A DNA stretch of 64,000 nt from Vicugna vicugna. Lineage: Eukaryota. Below are positions 14,696-28,991 of this stretch, piece after piece. The notes under the pieces were generated by a model. It ran no database searches. It was not told the DNA's origin and saw only the letters and a list, made by a program, of their open reading frames with translations. How positions within the stretch are numbered: position 1 is the first letter of the stretch; each line of letters begins with the position of its first letter. Position numbers and translations under genes: made by a program. Location of the stretch: assembly GCA_013265495.1 (NCBI GenBank), contig MU058584.1, positions 124,001 through 188,000 on the forward strand, in the 5' to 3' direction.

Positions 14696-15169
14696 ACAAG
14701 TAAATAAGTATTTAAACATACTAAAAATTAGAAGTTCTCTGAAGAAAAATCAGGGTTGGAGGTTAGGGTTTGAATTGAGAGATGAGTGGCTGTTTTAGAT
14801 TGTAGTTAGAGAAGCCTTCTCTAAAGAAATTCCACTTGAGAAAGATATTATCAGGTACTTAATGCTAGCTACTTAACTAGCCTCAAAATCTCAGTAGCTT
14901 AATGGACTAAACATTTGTTTCTCACCCACTCACAGTCTGAAATAGCTCTCTAGATTGCCTTTCCTCTAAACAGTGACTGAGGAATCCAGGTTCTTCCAGA
15001 CTGTGGCCCCAACAACTTGAAATCCTTTGCTTCTAGCTTTGAGTATTGGGGAGGAAAGAGTCTGGAAAATTATGCAAAATGTTTTAGGGATCAGGCCTGG
15101 TCTTTAGTCCCTATTGCAGTCTCCCTTGCTGTGGGTGAGGTAAATGTAGAACATTGCTTTTGCTATTGG

Positions 15170-16090
15170 CAGAAAATGAAGGAGTAAACAATATAAAGAT
15201 CTAGGAGAAAATTTGGAGAAAGATCTTCCAGAGCAAGGGAATACCCTCAGGAGGAAACAGTTTGCGTATTTGAGGAACACCAAGAAGTTGAATAAAACTG
15301 GATAGCAGTGACTAAGGGGAGAGGAGCCAGAGATGATGTCAGAGAGACAGAGAAGGCTAAATCACATCAAATCTCTTAGGCAATGGTGAGACCTTTGGTT
15401 TTCATCTCATGTGTGAGAGGATAGCATTGAGAGGTTTGAGGTGTGTGACTTGATCTGATTTATATTTTTAAGAGATCACTCTAACTGCAACACAGAGTAG
15501 GCCATAGCAGGGAACTTGAGTGGAAGTAGGGAGACCAGTTAAGCCATTTCACTAGTCTAGGCAAGAGATCACCGTGGCCCAGACTAGTGTGGTAGATGTG
15601 AAGGTGGAGGAAAGTACCTGAATGCCAAACGTAGTTTAAAAGTATAGTTGATAGAAATTGCTCTTGTAAAAGAACAAGGAATCAATGATAAATCTTATGC
15701 TATCGCTACCAGGCAAATAGTGTTGCCACTGACTGAGACTGGGGAAAGATAAGTTGGAGGCAGGAAACAAGAGTTTTAGATACAGTAAGTTTGAAACGGC
15801 TATTAGACATTCCAATGGAGAAGTCAAGTAGGCAGTCAGATATCCAGGTCTGAAGTTTAGGGAAGAGGTTGAGATTGGACATTTCATTTGGAATGATATC
15901 ACCTAGAGAGAAAGTAGAAAGGAAGGAAGAGAATTAAGGAACTGAGTCCTGGAACAACTCCTGCATTAGAGGCTATAAGACAGGGAAGATCAACACTTGA
16001 GAAGGAAGAGGAGTGGCTGGCCAGTAGAATGGGAGAAAATGTAGAATAGTTGTGTCCAAAAACCCAAGCAAAGGAAGTTTCTAAAGAAGA
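15170..16090 (-). mobile_element. L2 LINE remnant
   Basis: Purine-rich degenerate antisense L2 (agatcactctaactgc..., tattagacattccaatggagaagtcaagtaggcagt...); boundaries approximate. Confidence 0.65.
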
Positions 16091-17593
16091 GAATGTGATT
16101 TACTATAATTATTTACTCTAATAAAATAATGAGGGTTAGTCTCAATGAGCTCATGCTCTGACATTCTGAGATTCTACGATTATCCAGTATGTGTTTTTCT
16201 GGGTCTCTCTGACACCATTTGTTTACTTATTATGGCAACTTTATTGGTTGTTAGTACTTCTGGAGGCTACTGGCATCATTACTAATGTCGCAGTTACCTC
16301 AGAGTCCCAAAGCTGCTTACTGGCATTGGAATACAATGCCCAGTACTGCAAAAACTCATGTCTGCCAAAACCTACATGTTAGCTGCTACCATGGCCAGAG
16401 GAAAAATGGACTCTGTCTCCCTTCTGCTTTCCAAATCTGGTGCAGGTGTATATTATTGGTAGAACCTAAATTTCTTTTTTTCTTCTCATTTTATCAGTGC
16501 TCTTTTTATTTTGTTTAATATGTTTATTGAACACCCACTATGTGAGATCTATGTTAGATTTTCATATAATAAGATTCTTGTTACAGAGCCAGAAATTGGA
16601 AGCCCTCTATTCATTGGTTGCATCTATCACCAAACAAAATTGTTCCTTCTTATTTTTCCCTTAACGCTTTGTATATTCTTCTGTTTTAGCATCACACTAT
16701 ATGGTTTCCACATATCTGTCTTCCCTGTTAAACTTGAAATTTCTTGAGGACAGAAGTTAAATATTAAATTTTATAGTCCCAGTGCATGTAATAGGCAGTC
16801 TATGAAAGTTTCATTGGTGAGGGATGGATGGATAGATGGATACAATAAGGAACAAATGCTAATAATCTTATGATTAAACAATTACTTAAGTCACCATTTG
16901 ACAAGGTAATAATAAGGTCACTTCCTAACATAATAACTGGTAATGTGCCCTTAAACTCTGATATGCTTACAAAAGTTTTCTGAAGATCAGCTTACAAAGC
17001 TGCTAGGGACTATAAGAAGGCATAGTGGAAAGCAGATGCTTTATGGAAGACAGGATTCCAGTGTAGTATGTATAGACCGCTGATGGTTCCAGATCTGGCC
17101 AGGAGCCATTGGTGAGGACTCTTTAATGATGAATTAGTCCACAGGTATATTTAGGCACAAAGATCTTTGTGTTTAACTCAGTAAACAATAGGGTCTGGTT
17201 TCACTGTGAACCTTTCAATCTTCAGGAAATTTTCATTGAGAAATTAGTTATTTTAGACAAACATAAGTTGTTATGTGTTCAGCAATACTTGGTCAAAGAA
17301 CTTATGATGCTTGGACTAAGTTTTTGCGCTGTTTCTTTAATCTTTGTGGGAAGTGCCTTAAAATGTCTTACTGTCCGTAAGACACATCTCTCAGCCCAGA
17401 ATATGACCAAAAGAGTTCCAGTTTCTATGTTGTTGTTTAGTTATGTAAACCTAATATGTCAGAATATTCATGAAAAAAAAACTTTATGAATACTTTAATG
17501 AAAGTTTTGTAAATGTAAATGTAGGATGAATCAATTTAGAAAACTCTTCATATAATTTCATAATATGACATTAAACCATTTTTTTTCTTCCAG

Positions 17594-17661
17594 GGTGCTC
17601 TGGGACAGGGCTCAAATTCTCAGCTCATGGCCGTCCAATACACAGAAACCACTAGTATCAG
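17594..17661 (+). CDS. ATF6: ATF6 coding exon (equivalent to human exon 13)
   Basis: Polypyrimidine tract plus cAG acceptor, GTAAG donor at 17662; 68 nt; GALGQGSNSQLMAVQYTETTSI(S). Confidence 0.96.
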
Positions 17662-18004
17662 GTAAGAAAGTGTGGAAACTCATGACTAAGGAATTTTAAG
17701 TATCTAGTACTTTAGTAAAGTTGAAATGCACACTTCCCTCCATTTAAAACTAGTTCTCGTCACTATCCTGTAGAGATAGATAATTCAAATGTATGTAGTA
17801 ACTCTGTAACCAGAATATTTCATTCATTTACTGTATGTATATTTAAAAATGGATATTAAAAATACTATTTTTGACACATCCTTGTGATGGCATATTATTT
17901 CTTCATTAGTTAAAAATGTTTTAATCTCTGTACCTTTCTCTCAAGCTTGCTGTAAACCTGAAACTGCTATTTAAAAAGTCTTTTTAAAAATGTTCTAAAT
18001 AAGT

Positions 18005-18610
18005 TAAGTTTATCTTGTTTATTCATGTATTCTGTATTTAAGAATCCACCTCCTTGCGGAAATTTGTACCCCCAAAATCAGTACTCAAAGTGCTTTCATG
18101 GTCATTTGCATTCCCAGCTGAAATTTAACAAAGCAGTACTCTGCCTTCTGTTTCAGCTCTCATACTGTAAAAAAATTGTCCTTTTTGAGATCTGTTTAGT
18201 GCCATATCTTTCACATTTTGTGCTTTTGCTTGTGAATTCTTTGTTTAAAACGGCTCCCATGCATAGTACTAAAGTGCTGCCCTAATGCTCGCAAGAGTGC
18301 AAGAAAGCTGTATTGTGCCATGTGGAGAAAATGCACATTAGATGAGCTTCATTCAGGCATGATTTACAGTGCTGTTGACTGTGAGTTCAGTGTTAATGAA
18401 TGAACAGTATATATTAAAGAAGATATCTTTAAATAGAAACACATAAAACAAGGTTATATGTTGATTCGTTGACAAAAATGTTGTAACTTGGGGCTCACAG
18501 AAACCTACCCTTTTTTTCCCTTAGGAGGATGGTTTAGGATTTGCTAATTCATTGTTCGCACTGACTTCGTAGAACATCGGCCACCATAAATAATAAAAAT
18601 TGCCTTATTA
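18005..18610. mobile_element. TcMar-Tigger DNA transposon remnant (MER82-like)
   Basis: Recognised blocks such as gcttcattcaggcatga...tgtgagttcagtgttaatgaa...aaacacataaaacaaggtta; family name from memory. Confidence 0.65.
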
Positions 18611-19009
18611 TTCAAAATATTATGGTCAGAAATGGCCTATTGAGTACATGAAATTATTTTAAAGGAAGTTCTTGTGACTCACGTATGATTTCCTCTTAGG
18701 TCAATCTTCCCCTCCTCTTAAGTTAATACAGTTTGATTGAAGACATAAAAGAAGAATATATAAGAAAGAAATACATATGTTTTCTTTTTGAAGAAAAATG
18801 AAACATTATTTCTTTAACTCTCCTTTAACTTTTGGATGTTGGCTTATTGTGCTAAACAGTAAAAAAAAAAAACCTAGAAAATATCATTAAGAGCTATATT
18901 AATATCATTTGAGTGTATCTTTTGGGATATGATGGGGTTTGAGGTACTATAGTTTTAGTTACAATTTTATCAAGGCACTGACATGGTACTTTTAGTATCT
19001 ATGGCTAGC

Positions 19010-19230
19010 ACTTGTTGAGTGACTCCTATGGAACAGGACCCATGCTTGGTAGTAACATTTCTGACCCTCGTAATAGTACTATAAGGTTTATATGGTTATC
19101 TTCATTTTACTGGTGAGGAAACTGAGGTAGCTCAGAGATTGATTCCCCCAAGAATACCTACTTGAGGAGTGGAGTGGGAATTCAGAGCCAGGTCTATTTG
19201 CTTCCAAATCCTAAGCTTTTTTCACCTTTC
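19010..19230. mobile_element. MIR SINE
   Basis: cattttactggtgaggaaactgagg core and ggaattcagagccaggtct. Confidence 0.65.
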
Positions 19231-19627
19231 AGTTAGCCTCGTAGGCAAACACGCCTTCACAGATTTGACAGAATGGTGAAAAGTAACTTTTCTTCAGACT
19301 TAATTTTTGTTACCAAAATTTTAAAATCACGCGAACCAATGCAGAAATCTATTTTCTGATACTTTTATTGTTTTTATATGCTTGACTGTCTGGTACACTT
19401 GAGAGCCTTGATACAGAAATGAAAGTTCTAGGTTTAGTGAATTGGATCTTACAGACATCCTGACCTTGAGCTTTTCAGAATGTTATTATAAAAATTACTG
19501 CCAAGATACTGCTAATATTTTGATTGAGAGAGATTCTTACAATTCAGATGTCACCTTAGAATGGGAACATTTTTGAGAGGATAGAAATTTATTAGTTTAA
19601 GTACACTTTGCCATTTTCTTACTTCAG

Positions 19628-19742
19628 CAGGAACTCAGGGAGTGAGCTACAGGTGTATTATGCTTCACCCAGAAGTTATCAAGACCTCTTTGAAGCCATC
19701 CACAGAAGGGGAGACACATTTTATGTCGTGTCGTTTCGAAGG
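19628..19742 (+). CDS. ATF6: ATF6 coding exon (equivalent to human exon 14)
   Basis: cttCAGCAG acceptor, GTAAGT donor at 19743; 115 nt; (S)[38 protein letters not shown]; lies within track ORF 19608..19880. Confidence 0.97.
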
Positions 19743-22700
19743 GTAAGTTCATTTTCAAAGAATAAAGGAAGTATTTTTGAAAGCCTGCTGTATACAAGGC
19801 GCTGGGCTGAATACTGTGGAAGAAAAAAAGATAGAGATAGGAAGCAATATAAAATAAACTATGTGAGTAAAACAGTCTAAGTGCTATAATACATACTTGA
19901 CTTTGAGCTGTTCAGCACTATGGAGAGGTAACATGGAATTGATGTCAGGTGATATTTAGAAAATATAAACTGCTTATAGGTTTTTATTCTTTTCCATCTT
20001 GATAGCCATACTGTTTGTTTAAAACTAAAGGAGAAGCGCAAAGATAAAAATTTCTTTTCAGGCATTGTGGTGATATTCTCATTTGGTTATTGAAAAGTAG
20101 ACTTCCCAAATTTTGGTTTAATATGAATCATGGACTGATTAATATATTAATTATGGAATGTTTGGATCTAAGTTCCTCAGCCTCTCTAGTCTTCTTTCTC
20201 TTCCCTTTATCAAGCATTTACTCCTGTTAGTGAAGAATGTGTTAGATAATCAGTCAGCTTATGCAGAAGGAAATGTTTATATGAGCACTTTTGAGTGTTA
20301 TAAATGTTAGACTTACTGGGGGAAAATGCTTAGCTTATTTACATTCCATCTACTTTTCCTCTAAAATGAAAATATAGTCTCCATAGAGTTGCCATATGAA
20401 TATTTCTGTTGGAGTGCTGTATGTTAGTTAAACCAGGAGCCCATGAATGAGTTAGAATTCCTTTGTGGTCTATATCCTAGGTTTTTCTTTTTCTTTTTCT
20501 TAAAAGAATGTGGAGGGGGCATAATTAGAAATAAGCATATACTAACTAATAAATGATTCAATCTCTGATTATTGTCATCCCTCACTATCACTGCTGAAAT
20601 TCTCAGTTAACTTAGTTCTTTTCCTAACGTGTTAATATCTAGCAGCTCAGAATTTTGGACCAGAGAACTTTACACTTGAAGATTAGGGGAATCAAACATT
20701 TCATGTATTTTTAGTTATTAATCAAATATGCTAGGAGATTTGGAAGACTTTAGTGATTTAGAAATCTCATGATTTCTGCCTTTTCACAAAAATTCCCTGT
20801 GCTCAGCCTGTTCTCACAGACATAATTGTCATATTTCTATACTGCACCAGCCTCAAAGTTCATTTTCAGCAGCAAGGGGGCAGCTGAGGACAGGGTTTCG
20901 TTTTGGCAAGGCTCCAACTGTGTTGACTGATGAGAACTAAATATTAACTTTGTGTTGACACAGTCACATTTAAAATATAGGGGAAAACAAACTTCTAAAT
21001 ATGAGATCTAGCACCACGAAGAGATTTGATGGATGTTAAAGTGAATGTGTTGAAGTATATGTTATGGAAGTTATCACAAAAGCATATTTTTAACACTCAA
21101 ATAGCCAAATACTTTTTCTTAGGTTTGGGATAATTTCTCTATTATTTGATAAAAACAGTACAATATTTATTAAAAGTAGCCATTGTCAAGCCACGGATTG
21201 ATGTGACTAGTAACATTTTTCTATGGAAGAGAAAAAGTATTTGTTACAAAGAAAATAATCCTAACCTTAAAAGAACTGTATTTTTATAAAGGAAGATGGA
21301 TGGTATTTTTTTTAATATGTGCATTACATTTCTTGCATTTGTAAAAGCTATTTCTCATTAGTTTGCTGTAAAAGGTGCTACTAGAGAATTATTTATCACT
21401 GCGCCATCCCCTAATCCTTTGATGTTCCAGAAGAGACAGTCTTATGTTTAAAAAAACTGTTAGGACTATCTCTTACATTCTGTTTGAGGTTTTCAGTTCC
21501 TAATTAATGATTTATCATATCTTAGTGTTTTATATGAAGGTGAGGTAAGGATAAACCTGAACTTAATTAGATAACAGTAGTTAGGGAGAGAGAGACAGTA
21601 TTCTTTTTCACTTTTTCTTTCTTACTTTCTTTCATTTTAGCAGTAGGGATAAAGAAGTTAATTTTACCATCATGACTATAAACTATGTCACTGGACAGGA
21701 ATTTGATTCTTAAACAGTGGATTGTTCTTTTTGTTTTTGCTCAAATGCAAATGAAAGAAGTAAATGATCTCATGTCTTGGTTCTCTTTTCCATTTTTCAG
21801 TATAAAATATTCTAACAGTTTCATCAAAAAGGCTGGTGGCATCATTTCTTGTGCAGAAGGATGTAGACTTTTTCTCCTACTTAGGTTCTTAATTTCATTG
21901 ACAGAAATCATTTTAATTAATGCTGTGCGATTGCATTAGAAATTAAGGGATACAGGAATTCTGATGCCCTAAAGTTTTGCTTAGGATAAACCAGATTAAC
22001 AGAGCCAATAAACAAGCCATGCTGTTTTATTTTATAATTGGACAGGTGTTAAACAAAATATTTAATACCTAAAAAAAAATGTGGCCATTGACCGTTTAGT
22101 ATACCATTATTTAATAAACCAGCTCTCTCCCAAACTTAAACTCCCTCATACCCCACACTCCTGCACCCTTTAATCTCATTACAGTTGAGCTGCTGAAATG
22201 ATTTCTCCAAAGCAGACTCAGTCTTGGGTAACTACTGAGTTCCTGTTATAGGTCAGCAAGAAAGAATGCTTATGATCCCAGTAGTCCCCACAGAGCTTCC
22301 AGCCTTTCCGGTTCTTTTGACTTAAGTTTCTGCCTCCAACATAGAAACTTCCTTTACTTTCTTTGTTTTGTTCCAGGTATTCATAACTCGTTTTCTTACA
22401 AGTATTTTGTCTTTTTCTCCTCTCTTTGACTTGTTTTAGTGTGATTTGGAGGGGAGTTGGGGGTAGGTGGTGGGAAATAACTTTTTCTCAAACTTTAATA
22501 TTTGAGTGTGGTATAACTGATATAAAAATAAGAAATCCAACTAGATTTAATGTTTATTTTTTCTTACACTTTCATACGATAGTGTAGGGAGGGAGGAAGT
22601 AGTTTAAAGAATATTAGAAAATGAATTCAAGAGTGTGGGACAGGTATAAATAATCAGGAAAACTCAAGTAAAGTAGGATGAGAAAGTGATTCCAAAGAGA

Positions 22701-24355
22701 GGGGAAGGGGGAGAAAAGATAACATTGAGAAGAAAGGTAGGAAAATGATGCTTACTTTAACTATAACTCCAATAAACATTGAAATACTATCCTTAGATTC
22801 TGCTTTCTGATCCATTAACAAGCAGAGGAAGGCATTTTTTATCTTCCCAGGGCAATTTCCCATTAAGGACAGGTTCTCTTTGATTCAGATGGCTGTGAAT
22901 GTCGTGTCACCATATACTCTTCAATCTTGTTTGATATGTCTTTTTTAAATGAGATGGATGCCTACTTTCGGAGCACTTTTTGTTTCCTTTATATTTTTCA
23001 TGTTCAGTACCTGTCCTTCAGATCAACAGATTTTTAAGATTGTCTTTTCATCTGTTTCAGATACATACCTAATGTAGCTCTGTGCTGGCCTCAGAGATGT
23101 TTTTTTCCTCTTCTCTTCCTGAGTACTTTATGTGTTCTAGACATGATACAATATTTAGGTATTTCACATCTTCTTGGTCTCTTATAAAAAAAAACTTAGA
23201 ACAGTATCATATGTATGGATTTTAAGGATAACTTTAAGCCATATGGCCTTATTGTAAGATACATGGGATTTGAAGAGGCACAAGAAACTGGTCCAGGAGC
23301 TAAGTAGTCCCTCTGTGCTTGTTCTTCACAGACTGGAGTGGACACTAGTCCTCACGGAGAATTGGAATAGTGGCTTGTTGTCATTCCTGATTCAACAGCC
23401 GCTCCAGTAATTCCACTGAAGTCTTTTTCACACATTGCTCATTCAGATTCCCCAAACAGAAAGAGGGTCTGATTGTTCTCTGTGTGTGTGTGTGTGTGTT
23501 TACTATATCTTATGTAGAATTGCTGTGACAGCCTTGGCTCATGATCCATGATCCATGATCCATTCATTTGTGACCAGGGTTGGATTCCAGGACAGGGGAA
23601 TAGGGTTGATTTCATTAAGTGTATTATCTTGCTTTGTAAGCCAGCAACTTAAGGCAGAAGGAATGGCTTGGGGCCCCTCTTCTGAGGAAATGATTTTGGT
23701 ACATCCTTAGAGCTTCATAAACTGTTTATTATGTTACACAGCCCTGCTTTTAAAAAAATTCTTCCTTGTATTGGTCCCTAATTGTTTGATCTTAAAGGCT
23801 TGTCTTCTCATCTATATCATAAGCCTCTTAAAGGCAAGAAGTGTCATATGCTTTTTAATTACCACTCCTGACACTCAACACAACGCCAGCCACTCAGTGC
23901 TTATAAAACAGAACAATTTTAGGTATGGTTCACTGAGAGAAGTCACAGTGATGGAAGTTCATTGTTTTTTGGAATCATATGAAGGGTATTTTTACATCTG
24001 TTTTCTTAAAGAAATTTGCATCTATTTTACTGACATAAGCAGTGCTGAATTCCCCGGAAAGTTCAGTTAGAGATGACCCTTCTTCTGTTCCCTTATGGCT
24101 GTACTAGCCAGAGATATGTCAGCTTTGTTCTTGTCTCTGAGTCTAAGCTTTTAAGCTAAAGAAATCACCTTGGTGAAATGTTTGACAATCAGTAGGTAGA
24201 ACTTTGAGGTACTCATATCCACATTTTTTTTTATATATTTGGTGGAAACATTTTGGAGTTGATTGTTAGACCTCACTGCTTTCTTTTGTGGAGAAGAGAC
24301 AGTATCTGGTATCTCTACAGATTCAGTCAGCATAAGTCAGAAACTTGAAATTTTG

Positions 24356-24549
24356 TACTATATATAAAATAAACAAGCAACAACTTTCTTCTGAATAGCA
24401 TATGGAACTATATTCAATATCTTGTAGTAACCTATAATGAAAAAGAATATGAAAAAGAATATATGTATGTATATGTATGACTGAAACATTATGCTGTACA
24501 CCAGAAATTGACACAACATTATAAACTGATTATACTACAATTAAAAAAA
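24356..24549 (+). mobile_element. 5'-truncated L1 3' end with target-site duplication
   Basis: L1 3' UTR terminus plus A tail, flanked by aaacttgaaa(t/c)tttg at 24341-24355 and 24550-24564. Confidence 0.85.
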
Positions 24550-26711
24550 AAACTTGAAACTTTGGACAAAGAACAGAAAAGACTATAATTAGTGAAGAAT
24601 GGTTGACTGGTGATGTTATTGGTTCAAAATGTTTACCTAAAGTTTATTCCCATGGAAGGCCATAAATAGAATTCCACAGAATAGTAATGATGTTTTCTAA
24701 ATTAATGCCTAAATTAATACCTGATACATGCTTAGAAGAATGGCATATTTTCTTAATGCATAATGTTTATTTCTTGGAATTTTTTTGTTTAGTATGTATA
24801 ATTTTATATAAAACCTTCAGAGGCAAGAGAAATTTCCTTAGTAATGAAAGGAAAATAATTTATAAAGTCTACTTCGAAAGGATACAGCTCCTTTTGTTTT
24901 GGGACTTTACAGCTTGAGCCTACACATGAATCTTGGAGTTTGGCCATTTTCTTATCTCTACTTTTATGGCCTTTTGGCCAAATTCTTTCTCTGGCTGGAA
25001 AAAAAAAAAGAATAGATGAATTTGGAAAGATACTTACTTTTTTTAAAAAAAAAAGTCTTATCTTAGAAGAGAGACTTAGGCAAAAACCTTCTTATAGAGG
25101 GCTTTTTTCTAAATAATTTTTAGCTTAATTTGAAATATACTGTCATTTAGGTCTAAAGCACATTATAAAAAATAGAACAGAATTGCCTGAGAATCCATTT
25201 AAACTAGGTTTATAAGTTTACTTAATAATTATATCAATAACATTATCTTTATATATCTGTTTTCTCTACATTTCATTTATATACAAATACTGACACCTTT
25301 AATGTATACAGCCATTATAGTTTACAAACCCCTTTTACGTATATTATCTTGTTACTTCCTTACACATAATAAAGTAAGTATTCCTAGTCTTGTTTTACAG
25401 ATGAAAAAGTTAGGCAAAGAGAGGTTAAGTGGCTTGTGGAAGGACAAAGAAATGATGAGCAGTGAAACGAGGGCAAGAATTGAGGTGTTCTAATTTAACA
25501 AAAATGTTTTTCATTACATTTTGGTGCTGCATTTTAGATGTATTACAGAGTATTTAAACAGCAAAATTACTCTATTCCTCCAAAGCCAACCATGTTGTGT
25601 TGCCAAATCTCCTAGACAGTTTTGCTGGAGTTATTACATAACAATAAAAATTTTTTGTTAATTACCTGATTGTTGATTAAGTGCTTTATTAGGTTACACT
25701 TTCTAATAGTAAAGAACAACTTAATGGTCTGAAAGATTATGGTATATCTTCAGACTTCAAACCAAGGGAATAGAAGAAATAGACTTTCAGAGTTTCTGGT
25801 TTCTTTTTAAAACAATTGAGGAAAAAAAAACTTTGCTGTGTCTTTAAAAGGAAGTACTTTTAGCCAAAATAGACACTATTTTAATGATTAGTACTCTAGA
25901 ACTTCTCATAGAGAAGTGTGGTTTTTGTGCATGAGGAAATGCATTTTATTATGGATTCTGTATATGGCATGCCAAATTCTTGAGATCAAACACTTTTGAT
26001 CTCAAGCTCCTTGTTAAATAAGAGTTACCGTTGTGTGGTTTTAGGGGATTTAGTCATTTGTTCCTTGGCTCTGTAACAGATTCCTAGCTAACATAAAAAA
26101 TTTTTCTATTCCTTGGACTTTTCAATTGCAAACTCTAATATAACTTGTTTTATGTTTGAAAAATGACAGTCTCTGTAACTAGACTAGTAAGTAGTCATGG
26201 TAGAATAGACATGGACACAAAAAAGTTATGAATAATTTGAAGTCTTCAGAATTCTCAGGATGGTAAGCAAGTCCATCTGAGTCAGAATAATTTTCCAACC
26301 ATTTGTTATTCATGTGCTCTATTTAGTAGTCTTTATTTTATAGTGTGTTTTTCATATGCATTTGCTTAATATCCTATTTTAGGTTTCATGCTTTCTCTGG
26401 GCAGGGATGAAGTTTATTCATTCTGCTTTATCTTTATACAAAGTCTGTTGCAATGTACTGCAGACTGCGCAGAGCAAGTCCTAAATAGATGTTAGGGCTC
26501 AAACTGCCACTTACTTGTGCCTTTTAACCTTATTTTTTATATCCCACCATCCAAAAGATTACTAGAGGTGGGGCCTGCAGAAACAAAGAAGGAAACTTTT
26601 CTCAATGCATGTTTAAAATTACTTTTGTAATTTGAATAACAATGAAAATTTTAAAATATATAGTTTCCTTTGATGTGGATGGTCCTCTAGCTACAGAAGA
26701 GAATAACTTTT

Positions 26712-28991
26712 TTTTAATATATATATTTTTATTGAAGTATAGTCAGTTTACAATGTTGTGTCAATTTCTGGTGTACAGCACAATGCTTCAGTCATACACG
26801 AACATACACATATTCATTTTCATATTGTTTTTCAGAATAAGTGCCTTCATGATACTGAATATAGTTCCCTGTGCTATACAGTATGAACTTGTTGTTAATC
26901 TATTTTTTAACATTTTTATTGATTTATAATCATTTTACAATGTTGTGTCAAATTCCAGTGTTCAGCACAATTTTTCAGTCATACATGGACATATACATAC
27001 TCATTGTCACATTTTTTTCTTTGTGAGCTACCATAACATTTTGTGTATATTTCCCTGTGCTATGCAGTATAATCTTGTTTATCTCTTCTACAATTTTGAA
27101 ATACCAGTCTATCCCTTCTCATCCTCCGCCCCCCTGGCAACCACAAGTCTGTATTCTCTGTCTATGAGTCTATTTCTGTCCTGTATTTATGCTTTATTTT
27201 TGTTTGTTTGTTTGTTTTTGTTTTTTAGATTCCACATATGAGCGATCTCATATGGTATTTTTCTTTCTCTTTCTGGCTTACTTCACTTAGAATGACATTC
27301 TCTGGGGACATCCATGTTGCTGCAAATGGCATTATGTTGTTGTTTTTTATGGCTGAGTAGTATTCCATTGTATAAATAACCACATCTTCTTTATCCAGTC
27401 ACTTTTTTTTAATTTTTTATTGATTCATAATCATTTTACAGTGTTGTGTCAAATTCCAGTGTTCAGCACAATTTTTCAGTCATTCATGGACATATACACA
27501 CTCATTGTCACATTTTTTTCTCTGTGATTTATCATAACATTTTGTGTATATTTCNNNNNNNNNNNNNNNNNNNNNNNNNNNNNNNNNNNNNNNNNNNNNN
27601 NNNNNNNNNNNNNNNNNNNNNNNNNNNNNNNNNNNNNNNNNNNNNNNNNNNNNNNNNNNNNNNNNNNNNNNNNNNNNNNNNNNNNNNNNNNNNNNNNNNN
27701 NNNNNNNNNNNNNNNNNNNNNNNNNNNNNNNNNNNNNNNNNNNNNNNNNNNNNNNNNNNNNNNNNNNNNNNNNNNNNNNNNNNNNNNNNNNNNNNNNNNN
27801 NNNNNNNNNNNNNNNNNNNNNNNNNNNNNNNNNNNNNNNNNNNNNNNNNNNNNNNNNNNNNNNNNNNNNNNNNNNNNNNNNNNNNNNNNNNNNNNNNNNN
27901 NNNNNNNNNNNNNNNNNNNNNNNNNNNNNNNNNNNNNNNNNNNNNNNNNNNNNNNNNNNNNNNNNNNNNNNNNNNNNNNNNNNNNNNNNNNNNNNNNNNN
28001 NNNNNNNNNNNNNNNNCTAGGAGAAAATTTTTGAAATGTATGTCAGATAATGTTTTGCCTATGTTTTCCTCTAGGAGGTTTATTGTATCTTGTCTTATGT
28101 TTAAGTCTTTGATCTATTTTGAGTTGATTTTTGTATATGGTGTAAGGGAGTGTTCTATCTTCATTGGTTTACATGCTGCTGTCCAGTTTTCCCAACACCA
28201 TTTGCTGAAGAGACTGTCTTTATTCCATTGTATATTCTTGCCTCCTTTGTCAAAGATGAGTTGACCAAAAGTTTGTGGGTTCATTTCTGGGCTCTCTATT
28301 CTGTTCTATTGGTCTATATGTCTGTTTTTGTACCAATACCATGCTGTCTTGATGACTGTAGCTGTATAGTATTGTCTGAAGTCTGGGAGAGTTATTCCTC
28401 CAGCCTCTTTCTTTCTCTTCAGTAATGCTTTGGCAATTCTAGGTCTTTGATGATTCCGTATAAATTTTATTATGATTTGTTCTAGTTCTGTGAAATATGT
28501 CCTGGATAATTTGATAGGGATTGCATTAAATCTGTAGATTGCCTTGGGCATGGGGTATCTTTCCATTTTTTAAAGTCTTCTTTAATTTCCTTCATCAATG
28601 GTTTATAGTTTTCTGTGTATAATTCTTTCACCTCCTTGGTTAGATTTATTCCCAGATATTTTATTACTTTGGGTGCTATTTTGAAGGGGATTGTTTCTTT
28701 ACTTTCTTTTTCTGTTGATTCATCGTTAGTGTAAAGAAATGCAACTGATTTTTGAACGTTCATTTTGTAACCTGCTACTTTGCTGAATTCTTCAATCTAG
28801 TAGTTTTTGTGTGGACCTTTTAGGGTTTTCTATATATAGTAACATGTCGTCAGCATATAGTGACACTTTTACCTCTTCTTTTCCAATTTGGATCCCTTTT
28901 ATTTCTCTCTCTTGCCTGATTGCTCTGGCTATGACTTCCAGGACTATGTTGAATAGGAGTGGTGATAGTGGACATCCTTGACTTGTCCCAG
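26712..28991 (-). mobile_element. Composite 5'-truncated L1 (ORF2 remnants plus several 3' UTR termini)
   Basis: Minus-strand ORFs 28792..29007 (QGCPLSP...YADDM), 28482..28763 and 28306..28566 are frameshifted L1 ORF2 pieces; 13-bp direct repeat gagaataactttt at 26699-26711 and 28992-29004. Confidence 0.92.
27555..28016. other. Assembly gap (462 N)
   Basis: Run of N inside the L1. Confidence 1.

Noticed and set aside
27446..28264. Long ORFs spanning the N run
   Set aside because: Artefacts of translating the assembly gap.
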